A stretch of DNA of 64,000 nucleotides from an uncultured Candidatus Rokubacteria bacterium (GCA_963758635.1 CAVWWD010000008.1:192001-256000), one strand, 5' to 3'. Shown: positions 31,855 through 42,896, numbered from the stretch's first letter. Program-made: numbers and translations. Notes: generated from the letters alone by a model not told the origin.

Positions 31855-32241
31855 CTAGCCGCCCGCGAGCTTAACGGTGTAGCCGAGGTCGCGCAACCGG
31901 GCGGCGATGCGCTCGCGGTGGTCGCCCTGCACCTCGACGGCGCCGTCCTTCACCGCGCCGCCCGCGCCGCACAGGCGCTTGAGCTCGGCGGCGCGCGCGT
32001 CGAGGGCGGGGCCGCGCTCGGGCAGGCCGCGGATCACCGTGACCGTCTTGCCCCCGCGGCCCCCGCGGTCGCGGAAGATGCGGACCACGCCGTCGTCGGG
32101 CACGCGTGGGGCGCCGGGCGCGTGCGTGGGGCCAGCCGGGCGCGGCGTGGGGCCGGCGCCGAGGCGGCCACCATCGGTGGTATACACGGGGCGCGAATTG
32201 CCCCCGCGGGCGGGATGACGGGGCGGGCCGGGCGCGCTCAC
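31855..32241 (-). CDS. yciH: SUI1/eIF1-family translation factor
   Basis: GRGGKTVTVI, LKRLCGAGGAVKDG, EVQGDHR, KLAGG. Start uncertain. Confidence 0.88.
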   Translation of the reverse strand: MSAPGPPRHPARGGNSRPVYTTDGGRLGAGPTPRPAGPTHAPGAPRVPDDGVVRIFRDRGGRGGKTVTVIRGLPERGPALDARAAELKRLCGAGGAVKDGAVEVQGDHRERIAARLRDLGYTVKLAGG

Positions 32242-32330
32242 GCGGGGTAGTGTAGCAGCGCCGCGGCTGATGATAGTCTGGAGCCCGGCGCCGATCAGTC
32301 CCGCGCCGCTGAACCGATCAAGGAGAGATC

Positions 32331-33441
32331 GTGAAGATCGACGACGTGACGCTCACGCTCTTCGCCTGGGGCGGGATCCCGCCCACCACCTACGGCCGCC
32401 ACACCGGCCGGTTCACGGGAACGAGCCAGCTCGGCCTGCTCACCATCCGCACCGACGACGGCGTGGAGGGGCACGCGTTCCTCGGCTCGGCCATGCGCGG
32501 CGCCCACCTCGACGGCGAGTCGCTGATCCACATGCTGAAGCCGCTCGTGATGGGACAGGACCCGCTGGACCGCGAGCGCCTCTACCAGGCGATGTGGCAC
32601 AAGAACCGGCAGACCACGCTGCGCGCCATCGGCGCCATGGACGTGGCGCTCTGGGACATCGGGGGCAAGGTGGCGGGGCTCCCGATCCACCGCCTGCTCG
32701 GCTCGTATCGCGACCGCGTCCCCGCGTACGCCAGCTCCGCCGTGCTCGCCTCGAAGGAGGCGTACGCGGAGGAGGCGGCGCGCTTCAAGTCGGAGGGCTG
32801 GACCGCGTACAAGATCCACCCGCCCACCGACCCGGACGTGGACATCGAGGTCTGTCGCGCCGTGCGCGCCGCGGTGGGCGACGGGTTCCGGGTCATGCTC
32901 GACTCGACGTGGGCGTACCAGTACCCGGAGGCGCTGCGCGTCGGCAAGGCCATCGAGGCGCTCGGCTTCTACTGGTACGAGGACCCGCTGGCCGACGACG
33001 ACCTCTACAACTACGTGAAGCTCAAGCAGCAGCTCTCGATCCCGATCCTCGCCACCGAGTACGCCCCCGGCGGGTTCACCGCGTTCGCGCCCTGGCTGAC
33101 CGCGCGCGCCACCGACTTCCTGCGCGGCGACGTGGCGGTGAAGGGCGGCATCACCTCGCTCGTGAAGTCCGCGCACCTCGCCGAGGCGTTCCACATGAAC
33201 TTCGAGATCCATCACGGCGGCAACTCGCTCAACAACGTGGCGAACCTCCACGTGATCATGGCCATCAGGAACTGCGAGTACTTCGAGGTGCTGCTGCCCG
33301 CGGCGGCCCAGAAGTACGGACTCGTCCAGGACATCGAGGTCGAACGGGCAGGGGCTCGTCCACGCCTTCGACGGCCCCGGCCTCGGGGCCCAGATCGACT
33401 TCGCGCTGATCGAGCGGCAGAAGACCACGGTGTTGCGCTAA
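32331..33441 (+). CDS. Mandelate racemase/enolase superfamily enzyme; frameshift near 33343
   Basis: DVALWDIGGK, AYKIH, MLD, WYEDP, ATE; PGLG tail in the shifted frame. Confidence 0.88.
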
Positions 33442-33504
33442 CATCGGGAACGAACGGCCGAGCGGCCAGCGACGACGAACAGCTCGACGACAAGGGAGAC
33501 CGAC

Positions 33505-34377
33505 ATGACGCCAGGGCAGACCTTCGACCGGAGCCACGAGGACATCGGCAACATGTGCTTGCTCGAGCACTGCAACGTGAGGGTGCCGGATCAGACCACG
33601 GCCACCGCGTTCTACATCCAGGCTCTCGGCTTCACCCGCGACCCGTACATCATGACGGGCGTCGAGAACATGTGGATCAACATCGGCAAGAGCCAGTTCC
33701 ACCTCCCCACCGGCGAGCCCCAGGTCTTCCCCGGGCACATCGGCCTCGTGGTGCCCGACCTCGAGGCGGCGGCGTCGCGGCTCGGCGCGGTCAAGGGGCG
33801 GCTCGCCCACACGCAGTTCGCCTGCTCGATGGAGGACAAGTACGTCGCGGCGACCTGCCCGTGGGGCAACAAGCTGCGCCTGTACGCGCCGCGGCCGGAG
33901 TGGGGCGACCTCACGCTCGGCATGGTCGAGGTGTGCGTGCCGGTGCGGCCGGGCGCGGCGGCGGGCATCGCCCGGTTCTACGAGAAGATCATGGGCGCGC
34001 CCGCGCGCGTGAACGGCAACGGCCACCCGGTGGCCCGCGTGCAGGTCGGGCACAACCAGGAGCTGGTGTTCCGCGAGACGCTGGAGGCGACCCGGCCGTA
34101 CGACGGCCACCACATCGCGGTGTACATCACGGACTTCTCCGGGCCGCACCGCCGGCTCATGGAGCGCGGCCTCATCAGCGAGGAGTCGAACCAGTACCAG
34201 TACCGGTTCAAGGACATCGTGGACCCGGACACGCGCGAGCACCTCTGCACGCTCGAGCACGAGGTGCGGAGCTTCACGCACCCGATGTACGCGCGCCCGC
34301 TCGTGAACCGCAATCCGGGCCAGCGCCAGGCCACCTACGCCGCCGGCCGCGACGCCTTCGTGCCGGGGATGAGCTGA
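33505..34377 (+). CDS. VOC/glyoxalase-like hypothetical protein
   Basis: LEHCNVRVPD..FY..LGF, QFHLP, HHIAVY, EHEVRS. Confidence 0.65.
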   Translation: MTPGQTFDRSHEDIGNMCLLEHCNVRVPDQTTATAFYIQALGFTRDPYIMTGVENMWINIGKSQFHLPTGEPQVFPGHIGLVVPDLEAAASRLGAVKGRLAHTQFACSMEDKYVAATCPWGNKLRLYAPRPEWGDLTLGMVEVCVPVRPGAAAGIARFYEKIMGAPARVNGNGHPVARVQVGHNQELVFRETLEATRPYDGHHIAVYITDFSGPHRRLMERGLISEESNQYQYRFKDIVDPDTREHLCTLEHEVRSFTHPMYARPLVNRNPGQRQATYAAGRDAFVPGMS

Positions 34378-34501
34378 GCACGAGTCCCTCGCGCTGAGAG
34401 CGAGTCACTCCCGCGCCGGGGCGGCCATCGCGCCGCCCCGGCGTTGCCGTGTTCGCGCCCGCCCCGCTCCTTCGCTCCCCATCCTCGCCGCCCTCGTCGT
34501 C

Positions 34502-35158
34502 GTGAGCCTCCTCGGCGGCGGCGTCGCCTCCGGGCAGGCGCCACCGTCCGCCCAGGAGATCGCGGCGTACCGTGGGCTCCACGCCGCGGCGGCGCGGGGT
34601 GACGCGGCCGAGATCGGCCGGCTCGTCGCCGCCGGCGCCGATGCCGGCGGCCGCGACGGACACGGGCGGACGCCGCTCCACGTCGCCGCGCACCGCTCGC
34701 AGCGGTCGGCCATGCGCGCGCTCGTCGCGGCCGGCGCGGACCCCAACGCGCTCGAGGCCGACCGCTACGACATCGTCACGATCGCCGCCGTCGCCAACGA
34801 CCTGCCGACGCTCCGCCTGGCCCTCGAGCTGGGCGCGAGCGCGAAGAACGTCACCAGCCGCTACGACGGCACCGCGCTCATCGCCGCCGCGCACCTCGGC
34901 CACCAGGAGGTCGTGAGCGTCCTGATCCGGGCGGGCGCGCCGCTCGATCACGTGAACAACCTGGGGTGGACCGCCCTCATCGAGTCGATCGTGCTGGGCG
35001 ACGGCGGGCCGCGCCACGTCGCCACGCTGCGCGCGCTGGTGGCGGCCGGGGCGAACGTCAACCTCGCCGATCGCGCCGGCGTGACCCCGCTGACGCTGGC
35101 CCGCAGCCGCGGCTACCGGGAGATGGAGGCGATCCTCACCGCCGCCGGCGCCCGCTGA
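34502..35158 (+). CDS. Ankyrin repeat protein
   Basis: GRTPLHVAA, GTALIAAA, GWTALIE and GVTPL repeats. Start uncertain. Confidence 0.9.
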   Translation: MSLLGGGVASGQAPPSAQEIAAYRGLHAAAARGDAAEIGRLVAAGADAGGRDGHGRTPLHVAAHRSQRSAMRALVAAGADPNALEADRYDIVTIAAVANDLPTLRLALELGASAKNVTSRYDGTALIAAAHLGHQEVVSVLIRAGAPLDHVNNLGWTALIESIVLGDGGPRHVATLRALVAAGANVNLADRAGVTPLTLARSRGYREMEAILTAAGAR

Positions 35159-35191
35159 CACGCCCCCGATGTTGCGGCGGGGGGGCCCGGG

Positions 35192-35803
35192 TCAGCGGGG
35201 GCGGACGAGCTTGGTCCGGAGCGATTCGACCTGCTGGTGGAAGGGCGTTCCGCTGCCGCGCGCCGTCATCGGCGTCTGCTCGGACAGCCCGGTGTGGAGC
35301 TCCACGAACACCGGCCCCTCCTCGGTGAGGAGCCCGGGGAAGCGGCGCTTGAACTCGTCGAGGTCCGCGATGACGTGCGTGGCCCGGTAGCCCGCGCCCT
35401 TGGCCATGGTCGCGAAGTCGACGGTGAGCCCGCCGGGAATGCCCTGCGCGCCCGAGGTGTGATAGACGCCGTTCTTGAACAGCAGGTGGAGCAGGTTGCG
35501 GGGCCGCGCCCCGGCGATGGTGGCGAGCGTGCCGAGCTGCATCAGCAGCGAGCCGTCGCCGTCGAACACGATCACGCGGCGGTCGGGCCGCGCCAGCGCG
35601 AGGCCGAGGCCCAGCGAGGACGCGCCGCCCATGAAGCCCACGCACCCCACGGACAGATCGTCGGGCGCGATGGCCCGCCACGCCGGCAACGTCGTCATGG
35701 TGGGGATGCAGATCGCGTTGCCGCGCCCCGCCGCGATCACGCGCAGAACGTCCTCCGGCTTCATCGCGGGCGGGATCACCGGGTTCGCGGAGGGCGCCGC
35801 CAT
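35192..35803 (-). CDS. TPP-dependent decarboxylase beta subunit (ComE/phosphonopyruvate decarboxylase-like)
   Basis: MGGASSLGLG and DGDGSLLM...NG TPP-binding motif. Confidence 0.85.
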   Translation of the reverse strand: MAAPSANPVIPPAMKPEDVLRVIAAGRGNAICIPTMTTLPAWRAIAPDDLSVGCVGFMGGASSLGLGLALARPDRRVIVFDGDGSLLMQLGTLATIAGARPRNLLHLLFKNGVYHTSGAQGIPGGLTVDFATMAKGAGYRATHVIADLDEFKRRFPGLLTEEGPVFVELHTGLSEQTPMTARGSGTPFHQQVESLRTKLVRPR

Positions 35804-36363
35804 CACGCGGTCTCCAGGCCCACGAGCACGGCGGCGGGGCCACGGCGCTCGCGGCTCAGCCGGAAGTACTCGGGGATGTAGTGGAGGTCGTCGGGCCCCT
35901 CGATGCGCGCGTGGGGGACGGAGAACGTGTCCAGCAGCGGCTCGCAGAGCCGCACCATCGAGTGCCGGGACTCGAGCGGGTCCTTGTCCTTCTCGCGGCT
36001 CAGCAGGCCGATCATGTAGAACACCGGTACGCGCCCGTCCATGGCCACGCCCCGGAGCGTGTTGATCGACGCGTAGAGCCCGGCGTGCTGGATCATCAGG
36101 ATGCACGGCTCGCCGCCCATGTGGAGGCCGGCGGCGATCGTGGTGGCCTCGTCCTCGGTGGCGCACGTGATGACGCGAAGCTGGTCTTCCTTGTCGAGCG
36201 CGGCGAGCACCGTCTTCTGGTGCGTGTCGGGCACGGACAGGATCCAGCCGAGATGGTCGTGCTTCGGCGGCTCCTGGAGCTCGGCGCCGAGCGCGGCGCG
36301 GGCCGCGCGGAACGTGTCCTTCAGCGTGTCGATGACGAGCGAAGCGGGAATCGATTCCGGCAT
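35803..36363 (-). CDS. TPP-dependent decarboxylase alpha subunit (ComD-like)
   Basis: SVPD, TEDEATTIAAG, MIQHAGL; adjacent to the beta subunit. Confidence 0.82.
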   Translation of the reverse strand: MPESIPASLVIDTLKDTFRAARAALGAELQEPPKHDHLGWILSVPDTHQKTVLAALDKEDQLRVITCATEDEATTIAAGLHMGGEPCILMIQHAGLYASINTLRGVAMDGRVPVFYMIGLLSREKDKDPLESRHSMVRLCEPLLDTFSVPHARIEGPDDLHYIPEYFRLSRERRGPAAVLVGLETA

Positions 36364-36430
36364 CCGAGCGCCTCCCCGTGAGATGATCCGGGCTATGGTA
36401 CTCCAAGATCTTCTCGAGAAAGGTTCCGTC

Positions 36431-37105
36431 ATGCGACGCATCGCCCCCCTCGCGCTGGTCGTCACGCTGCTCGCCGCGGTTTCCGCGGGCGCGGCGCCCG
36501 AGCCCCAGACGGAAGAGCAGAAGATCCTCTACGCGCTGGGCCTGGCCCTGAGCCAGGGCGTGGCCGCGTTCAGTCTCACGCCGGCCGAGCTGGAGCTGGT
36601 GCAGGCAGGGCTCGCCGACGGCGTCCTGAAGCGGCCGGCCAAGGTGGACCTGCAGGCCTACGGTCCGAAGGTCCAGCAGCTCCACAGCCAGCGGTCGGCG
36701 GCGGTGGCGGCGACGGAGAAGCGGGCGGGCCAGGCCTTCCTCGACAAGGCCGCCAGCGAGGCGGGGGCGACGCGGACCGCCTCCGGGATCATCGTGACGA
36801 CGCTCAAGGCGGGGGCCGGAGCGAGCCCCAAGGCCACCGACACCGTGAAGGTGCACTACCACGGCACGCTCCCCGACGGCACCGTGTTCGACAGCTCGGT
36901 GCAGCGCAAGGAGCCGGCGAGCTTCCCGCTGAACGGCGTGATCCCGTGCTGGACCGAGGGCGTGCAGCTCATGAAGGTGGGCGGCAAGAGCCGCCTGGTC
37001 TGCCCGTCGAACCTGGCCTACGGCGATCGCGGCTCCCCGCCGCGCATCAAGCCCGGCGCCACGCTCGTGTTCGAGGTCGAGCTGCTCGAGATCGTCAGCA
37101 AGTAG
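36431..37105 (+). CDS. FKBP-type peptidyl-prolyl isomerase (Mip/FkpA-like)
   Basis: Signal peptide, VKVHYHGTL, FDSS, VIPCWTEG, LVFEVELL. Confidence 0.95.
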   Translation: MRRIAPLALVVTLLAAVSAGAAPEPQTEEQKILYALGLALSQGVAAFSLTPAELELVQAGLADGVLKRPAKVDLQAYGPKVQQLHSQRSAAVAATEKRAGQAFLDKAASEAGATRTASGIIVTTLKAGAGASPKATDTVKVHYHGTLPDGTVFDSSVQRKEPASFPLNGVIPCWTEGVQLMKVGGKSRLVCPSNLAYGDRGSPPRIKPGATLVFEVELLEIVSK

Positions 37106-37109
37106 CCGC

Positions 37110-37948
37110 GTGCCCGAGCTGCCGGAGGTCGAGGAAGCTCGGCGTTTCGCGCGGCGCGTGGCCCTTGGCCGGCGCATCACCGGGGTGGAGTGCGCGCCCG
37201 ATCCCATCGTGCTCGAGGGCGCGAGCCCGCGCCACGTCCGGCGCGCGCTGCTCGGCCGCCGCGTCGAGGACGTGCGGCCGTCACGGCAAGCACCTCTGGC
37301 TCGAGCTGGACCGACGTCCGTGGCCGTGCTTCCACTTCGGGATGGCCGGCGGCTTTTACACGCCCGATGCGCGCGGCGTGCGCCTGGTCTCGAGCGGCGG
37401 CGCGGACCGGACGGGCTGGCCGCCCCGGTTCGCCAAGCTCGTGCTGGCGTTCGAGGACGGCGGCGCGCTCGCCATGGCCGACGGCCGGCGGCTCGGACGG
37501 ATCCGCCTCCGCGAGGATCCGCGCGCCGAGCCGCCCATCAGCCTCCTCGGCTTCGACGCCCTCCGCGGCCTGCCCTCGCCCGCGGAGTTCGCGGCGCGGC
37601 CTCGCCGAGCGCGCGGCGCCGGTGAAGGCGGTGCTGCTCGACCAGACGTTCGCGGCCGGGGTGGGGAACTGGATCGCCGACGAGGTCCTGTACCAGGCGC
37701 GCATCGATCCGCGGCGCCGCGCGCGCTCGCTCTCGAGGCACGAGGCGCGACGGCTGCGCGAGGCCGTGCGCCGCGTGGTGGAGACGGCGGTGCGGGCGCG
37801 GGCGGACAGCGATCGCTACCCGAAGACCTGGCTCTTCCACTCCCGCTGGGGGCGCCAGGCCGGCTCGATCACCGCGCGCGGCGAGCGCATCCGCCACGAC
37901 ACCGTCGGCGGCCGCACCACCGCGTGGGTCCCGTCGGTGCAGCGCTGA
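37110..37948 (+). CDS. Fpg/Nei DNA glycosylase (zincless finger); frameshifts near 37279 and 37600
   Basis: MPELPEVE, HGKHLW, HFGMAG, LLDQ..AGVGNWIADE; C-terminus VGGRTTAWVP lacks Cys. Confidence 0.88.
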
Positions 37949-38053
37949 CCGCGGCCGCGCCGCGACGGGGAGCGCCGGGCGCTCCCACCGCGCGGCGCTC
38001 TCGCAGCGGAACGCGGAACCGGTGGCGCGCGCCATGGCGCCGTGATCGCGAGG

Positions 38054-39133
38054 TCAGGCGCGGCGATACTTCTCGATCGCGCCCGGCGCCAGCTCCATGC
38101 CGTGGCCAGGACGGTCGGGGATGCGGAGGGCGCCGCCCTCGAAGCGGGGCATCTCGACGAACAGGTCCGACGGCGCCCACTCCATGTATTCCACGAGGAA
38201 GCTGTTCTCGATGGCGCCGGCCACGTGGAGCGACAGCTCGTGGACCACGTGCGGCGACACGGGGACCTGGTACGCCGCGGCGAGATGCGCGATGCGGAGC
38301 GTCTCGCTGAAGCCGTTGGCGCGGCACACGTCGGGCATCAGGAAGCGGGCGCCGCGCCGCTCGAGGAGGTCGCGGAACTCGAAGCGCGTGTAGTTGTTCT
38401 CGCCCGTGGCCACCGGGATGCGGATGGACCGCGCCACCTCGGCGCAGGACGCGAGGTCGTCGGCGAGCACCGGCTCCTCGAGCCAGACGAGGTCCAGGTC
38501 CTCCAGGTGCTGGGCCTGACGGATCGCGCCGAGCACGTCGAGCTTCTGGTTCGCGTCCACCATGAGGCGGACGGAGTCGCCGAGGGCCTTGCGGACCGCC
38601 TCCACCCGCTGGCGGTTCACCCGCGGATCGGGGTCGTGGATCTTCATCTTGTAGTAGCGGCAGCCGAGGCGGAGGTAGCGGCGCGCCTCGTCGATCACGT
38701 CCTCCACGCGGTAGTTGCCCCAGCCGCCGCTGCCGTACGCGGCCACGCGGTCGGTGATCCCGCCCCAGAGCTTGTAGAGGGGGAGCCCCGCGACCTTGCC
38801 CGCGAGGTCCCAGAGGCCGATGTCGATCGCGGACAGCGCGTAGGCGGCCACGCCCTGGCGCTTGATGCCGCGGTCGCCGCGGAACATGCGCTGCCAGAGC
38901 CGCTCGATGAGGAGCGGATCCTCGCCGACCACGAGCGGTGTCATCCGGGTGTCGAGGTAGGTCTGGATGGCCTCGGCGCCGCCGCCCGCGAAGGCGAGCG
39001 TGTAGCCGAGGCCGCTCACGCCCTCGTCCGTCCGGACGATCGCCGTCACCATGCGATGCTCGGGGAACTCGCGGGCCATCTGCTGGCTCGTGGGCAGGCG
39101 CAGGACGGCGGTCTCGACGGCGGTGATCTTCAT
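38054..39133 (-). CDS. Mandelate racemase/enolase superfamily enzyme
   Basis: DIGLWDLAGK, YKMK, MVDAN, WLEEP, ATGEN, PGHG. Confidence 0.92.
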   Translation of the reverse strand: MKITAVETAVLRLPTSQQMAREFPEHRMVTAIVRTDEGVSGLGYTLAFAGGGAEAIQTYLDTRMTPLVVGEDPLLIERLWQRMFRGDRGIKRQGVAAYALSAIDIGLWDLAGKVAGLPLYKLWGGITDRVAAYGSGGWGNYRVEDVIDEARRYLRLGCRYYKMKIHDPDPRVNRQRVEAVRKALGDSVRLMVDANQKLDVLGAIRQAQHLEDLDLVWLEEPVLADDLASCAEVARSIRIPVATGENNYTRFEFRDLLERRGARFLMPDVCRANGFSETLRIAHLAAAYQVPVSPHVVHELSLHVAGAIENSFLVEYMEWAPSDLFVEMPRFEGGALRIPDRPGHGMELAPGAIEKYRRA

Positions 39134-40482
39134 GGCGCTCCTTCCGCCCCTTCGTAGGTTTCGCGCCGGCCCATCCCGCGCTGGAGGGTCAGGTAGCCCT
39201 CGCGGGTGAGCCGCGGGCGCGCGTGGGCGAGCACGTCGCGCGCGCCCGCCGCGTCGTCCCAGAGCATGTCCACGGCCATGGCGGCGAGGGCCTTGGCCGG
39301 GGCCACGTAGGCGAGGGGCTTGTCGACGATCGCGTAGTCGGCGGCGTGGCCCGTCCCGGTGGCGCCGCCCATGTAGGGGTGGAGCACGGGGATCACCTGC
39401 GAGAGGTCGCCCATGTCGGTGGATCCCGTCCGGTGCCCGAGGTCGCGGTAGTGCTCGGCCCCCACCAGCGCGCCGGCGCTCTCGCGGAAGTACCGCGCCA
39501 TCGTGCCGTCGCACGCGAGCGGGAGGTAGCCGGGCAGGGTGTCGATCTCCACGCGCGCGCCGAGCGCGAGGGCGCCGGCGCGAAGGGCGCGGTCCACCTT
39601 GGCGTTGGCGTCCAGGATGGCGTCGAGGGTGCGGCCGCGCACGTACGTCTGGATGCGCGCCTCGCCGGGGATCACGTTCACCTGGGTGCCGCCCTGGGTG
39701 AGGATGGGGTGGATCCGGATGGTGTCGTCGTCGGGCAGCGTCTCGCGGATGGCGTTGATCGACAGGAGCCCGATGTGGGCGGCGTACAGCGCGTTGATGC
39801 CCTGCTGGGGCGCGCGTCCGGCGTGCGCGGGGCGTCCCACGTAGCGGGCGATCTTCCCCACGCGGCCGTTGTTGGACAGCGGCACCGCCGCGCGCCCGTC
39901 CTCGGGGCGCGACGTGGTGTGGATCATCATGGCGAGGTCCACGTCGTCGAAGTGGCCGAGCCGCATCAGCTCGGCCTTGCCGCCGAAGAACTCGAGCCGT
40001 CCTGCCCGCGCCTCCGCGAGGCGCCACTCGAGGTCGCCGCCCTCCTCGGCGGGGACCGCGAAGAACACGACCCGGCCGGCCAGGTGCTCGAAGGCGCCCG
40101 TGTCCATGAGCCCCATGGCCGCGCCGAGCAGCCCGGCGACCTGCGCGTTGTGGCCACAGGCGTGCACCGCGCCGGTGACGGGATCGGCCTCGGGGTGCCC
40201 GGAGACGACGAGGGCGTCCAGCTCGCCGAGGAGCGCGAAGGTGGGACCGGAGCCGCGGCGTCCCGCGGCCTCGGCGCGAACGCCGGTGTAGGCGAGGCCG
40301 CCACGGGGCGCCAGGCCGAGGCGATGGAAGGCGTCCTCGACGAGGCGGGCGGTGCGGTGCTCCTTGAACCCCAGCTCGGGGTGACGGCGGATCGTCTCCC
40401 CGATCTCGATGATCTCGCCGGCGCGGCGGTCGATGGCCTCCCAGACGCGCTGCCTGAGCTCCTCCCTGGTGGTCCGCATCAT
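39130..40482 (-). CDS. M20 family amidohydrolase
   Basis: HPELGFKE, ELDAL, HACGHN, PAEE, GSTDMGD. Confidence 0.92.
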   Translation of the reverse strand: MMRTTREELRQRVWEAIDRRAGEIIEIGETIRRHPELGFKEHRTARLVEDAFHRLGLAPRGGLAYTGVRAEAAGRRGSGPTFALLGELDALVVSGHPEADPVTGAVHACGHNAQVAGLLGAAMGLMDTGAFEHLAGRVVFFAVPAEEGGDLEWRLAEARAGRLEFFGGKAELMRLGHFDDVDLAMMIHTTSRPEDGRAAVPLSNNGRVGKIARYVGRPAHAGRAPQQGINALYAAHIGLLSINAIRETLPDDDTIRIHPILTQGGTQVNVIPGEARIQTYVRGRTLDAILDANAKVDRALRAGALALGARVEIDTLPGYLPLACDGTMARYFRESAGALVGAEHYRDLGHRTGSTDMGDLSQVIPVLHPYMGGATGTGHAADYAIVDKPLAYVAPAKALAAMAVDMLWDDAAGARDVLAHARPRLTREGYLTLQRGMGRRETYEGAEGAP

Positions 40483-40539
40483 TCGCAAATCGGCACGGAC
40501 CCCGCAGGTCCGGTGAGCGCGGCTATGAGACCGCGCTCG

Positions 40540-41622
40540 TCAATACCCTTCCTCGAGGAGCGGGAAGGCGCTGGTCGCGTGGGGCCGCACGACCGGAGTC
40601 GCGGGATGCAGGTAGGACGCGTCGAGCGCGGCGAGCCGGTCCGCGCCGAGCAGGGCCAGGCAGATCCGGATCTCGTCCTCGAGGATCTCGAGCACGCGCA
40701 CGAGCCCGGCCTCGGCGGCGGCGGCCACGCCGATGCACGCGAGCCGGCCGATGCCGACTGCGTGCGCGCCGAGCGTGATGGCCTTGACGATGTCGGTGCC
40801 GCGCACGAACGAGCCGTCCACGATGATCGTGGCGCGGCCGGCCACGGCTCGCACCACCTCGGGCAGCACGTCGAGGGTGCCGCGCCCGTGATCGAGCTGG
40901 CGCCCGCCGTGGTTGGACACGTACACGCCGTCCACGCCGTGCGCGCACGCCAGCTCCGCGTCCTCGGCGGTGGCGATGCCCTTGAGGATGAGCGGGATGT
41001 CGTGGGTGTCCTTGAAGCGCTTGACGTGGTCCCAGGACAGCGCGGCCTGGAAGTCCATGCCGGTGGCGCGCACGCGCCACGGCTTGATGAAGCGGCGCAT
41101 GAGGTCGCGCTCGCGCCGGCTGTAGCTCGCGGTGTCCACGGTGAGGCAGAACGCGGCGTACCCGTTGTCCTTGGCCCGCCGCACGTGGTCGTCCACCCAC
41201 GCGTCGTCGCCGCGCACGTAGAGCTGGAAGATGCGGAAGTTGTCGGCGGCGGCGGCGGTCGCCTCGAGGCCGGGGTTGCACACCGACGACAGCATCTGGG
41301 CGATGCCGAACTCCGCGGTGGCGCGGGCCACGGTGGCGCCGCCGCCCGGCGTGAAGCTCTCCACCGAGCCGACGGGCGCGACCATCACGGGAATGCGCAT
41401 GGGCCGCCCGAAGAACGACGAGCTGGTGTCCACCTTCGACACGTTGCGGAGCACCCGGGGACGGAAGGCCACGGAGTCCAGCGCCTGGCGGTTCCGGCGG
41501 AGCGTGGTCTCCGTCTCCGCGCCGCCGATGAGGTAGTCCCACGGGCCGGGCGCGAGGTTCAGCCGCGCCGCCTTCACGAGCTCGGAGAGCGTCTGGAAGC
41601 GATCCTCGAGGTTGGAAGCCAT
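40540..41622 (-). CDS. FMN-dependent alpha-hydroxy acid oxidase/dehydrogenase
   Basis: FRPRVL, FQLY, LTVD, LKGI, SNHGGRQLD. Confidence 0.93.
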   Translation of the reverse strand: MASNLEDRFQTLSELVKAARLNLAPGPWDYLIGGAETETTLRRNRQALDSVAFRPRVLRNVSKVDTSSSFFGRPMRIPVMVAPVGSVESFTPGGGATVARATAEFGIAQMLSSVCNPGLEATAAAADNFRIFQLYVRGDDAWVDDHVRRAKDNGYAAFCLTVDTASYSRRERDLMRRFIKPWRVRATGMDFQAALSWDHVKRFKDTHDIPLILKGIATAEDAELACAHGVDGVYVSNHGGRQLDHGRGTLDVLPEVVRAVAGRATIIVDGSFVRGTDIVKAITLGAHAVGIGRLACIGVAAAAEAGLVRVLEILEDEIRICLALLGADRLAALDASYLHPATPVVRPHATSAFPLLEEGY

Positions 41623-41687
41623 GCGCCGGACGCTAGCAGGGAAGCCGTGCGATTTCAAGCGCTCGGGGCGCGCCCGCCCCATCGTTC

Positions 41688-41716
41688 TTGACAAGATCCG
41701 GAGGTCCCACCACCAT
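41688..41716 (+). promoter_or_regulatory. Putative sigma70 promoter, near-leaderless
   Basis: TTGACA-N17-CACCAT ending 8 bp before ATG 41725. Confidence 0.5.
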
Positions 41717-41724
41717 CGGCCCCG

Positions 41725-42896
41725 ATGAGCTCCCCGGACGCGGCGCGCCAGCGGCTCTTCGGCGACGAGCACGCCATGCTCAGGAAGAGCGTGCGCGCGT
41801 TCGTGGAGAAGGAGGTGGCGCCCTGCGTGGACGAGTGGGAGGCGGCCGGGCGGATCCCGAAGGCGTTCTGGCGGCGCCTCGGGCGAGCTCGGCTTCCTGG
41901 GGCTCGAGTTTCCCGGTGGAGTACGGCGGGGCCGGCGGTGATTTCCTCTCGAGCGTGGTGCTGGGCGAGGAGATGGCGCGCTGCCGCTCGGGCGGGGTGG
42001 CGTTCAGCGTGCTCGTCCACACCGACATGTCCTCGCCCTGGCTCACGCGCTTCGGGACCGAGGCGCAGAAGCGACGATACCTGCCCGGCATCGTGAAGGG
42101 CGAGACCGTGTGCGCCCTCGGCATCACCGAGCCCGCCGCGGGCTCCGACATGGCGAGCCTCGCGACACGCGCCGTCCGCGACGGCGATCGCTTTCTCCTC
42201 ACCGGGGCAAAGACGTTCATCACCAACGGCGTCCACGGCGATCTCTACTTCGTGGCGGCGCGCACGGGGCCGGGGACGCCCGACCGGCGTCACGACGGCA
42301 TCTCGATGTTCCTGGTGGAGCGCGGCTTGCCCGGCTTCACCGTCAGCCGCGCCCTCGACAAGATGGGCATGCGCGCCTCGGATACCGCCGAGCTGGCCTT
42401 CCACGACTGCCCGGTGCCCGCGGAGAACCTGCTCGGCGTGGAGGGGCGCGGCTTCCAGCAGCTCGCCGCCGGCCTCCAGCGCGAGCGCATCATGGCGGCG
42501 GTGCTGGCCCTGTCCGGCGCCGCCCACGCGCTGGAGGACACCGTGGCGCATCTCCGCGAGCGCCAGGCGTTCGGCGCGCCCCTCAGCGACAAGCAGGCGC
42601 TGCGCCACACCGTCGCCGATCTGGCGACCGAGGTCGAGGCGGCGCGCCAGCTCGTCTACCATGCCGCCGCGCGCTACGCGGCCGGCGAGGAGTGCGTCAC
42701 CGAGGTGTCGATGGCGAAGCTCTTCGCCACCGAGGTGGCCAACCGCGTCGCGTACCAGGCCGTCCAGCTCCACGGCGGGTACGGCTACATGCGCGAGTTC
42801 CCCGTGGAGCGCTTCTTCCGCGACGTGCGCCTCTGGACCATCGCGTCGGGCACGTCGGAGATCATGCGCGAGATCATCGCCAGGAGGCTCCTGTGA
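41725..42896 (+). CDS. Acyl-CoA dehydrogenase; frameshift(s) near 41880-41910
   Basis: [37 protein letters not shown]. Confidence 0.92.
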
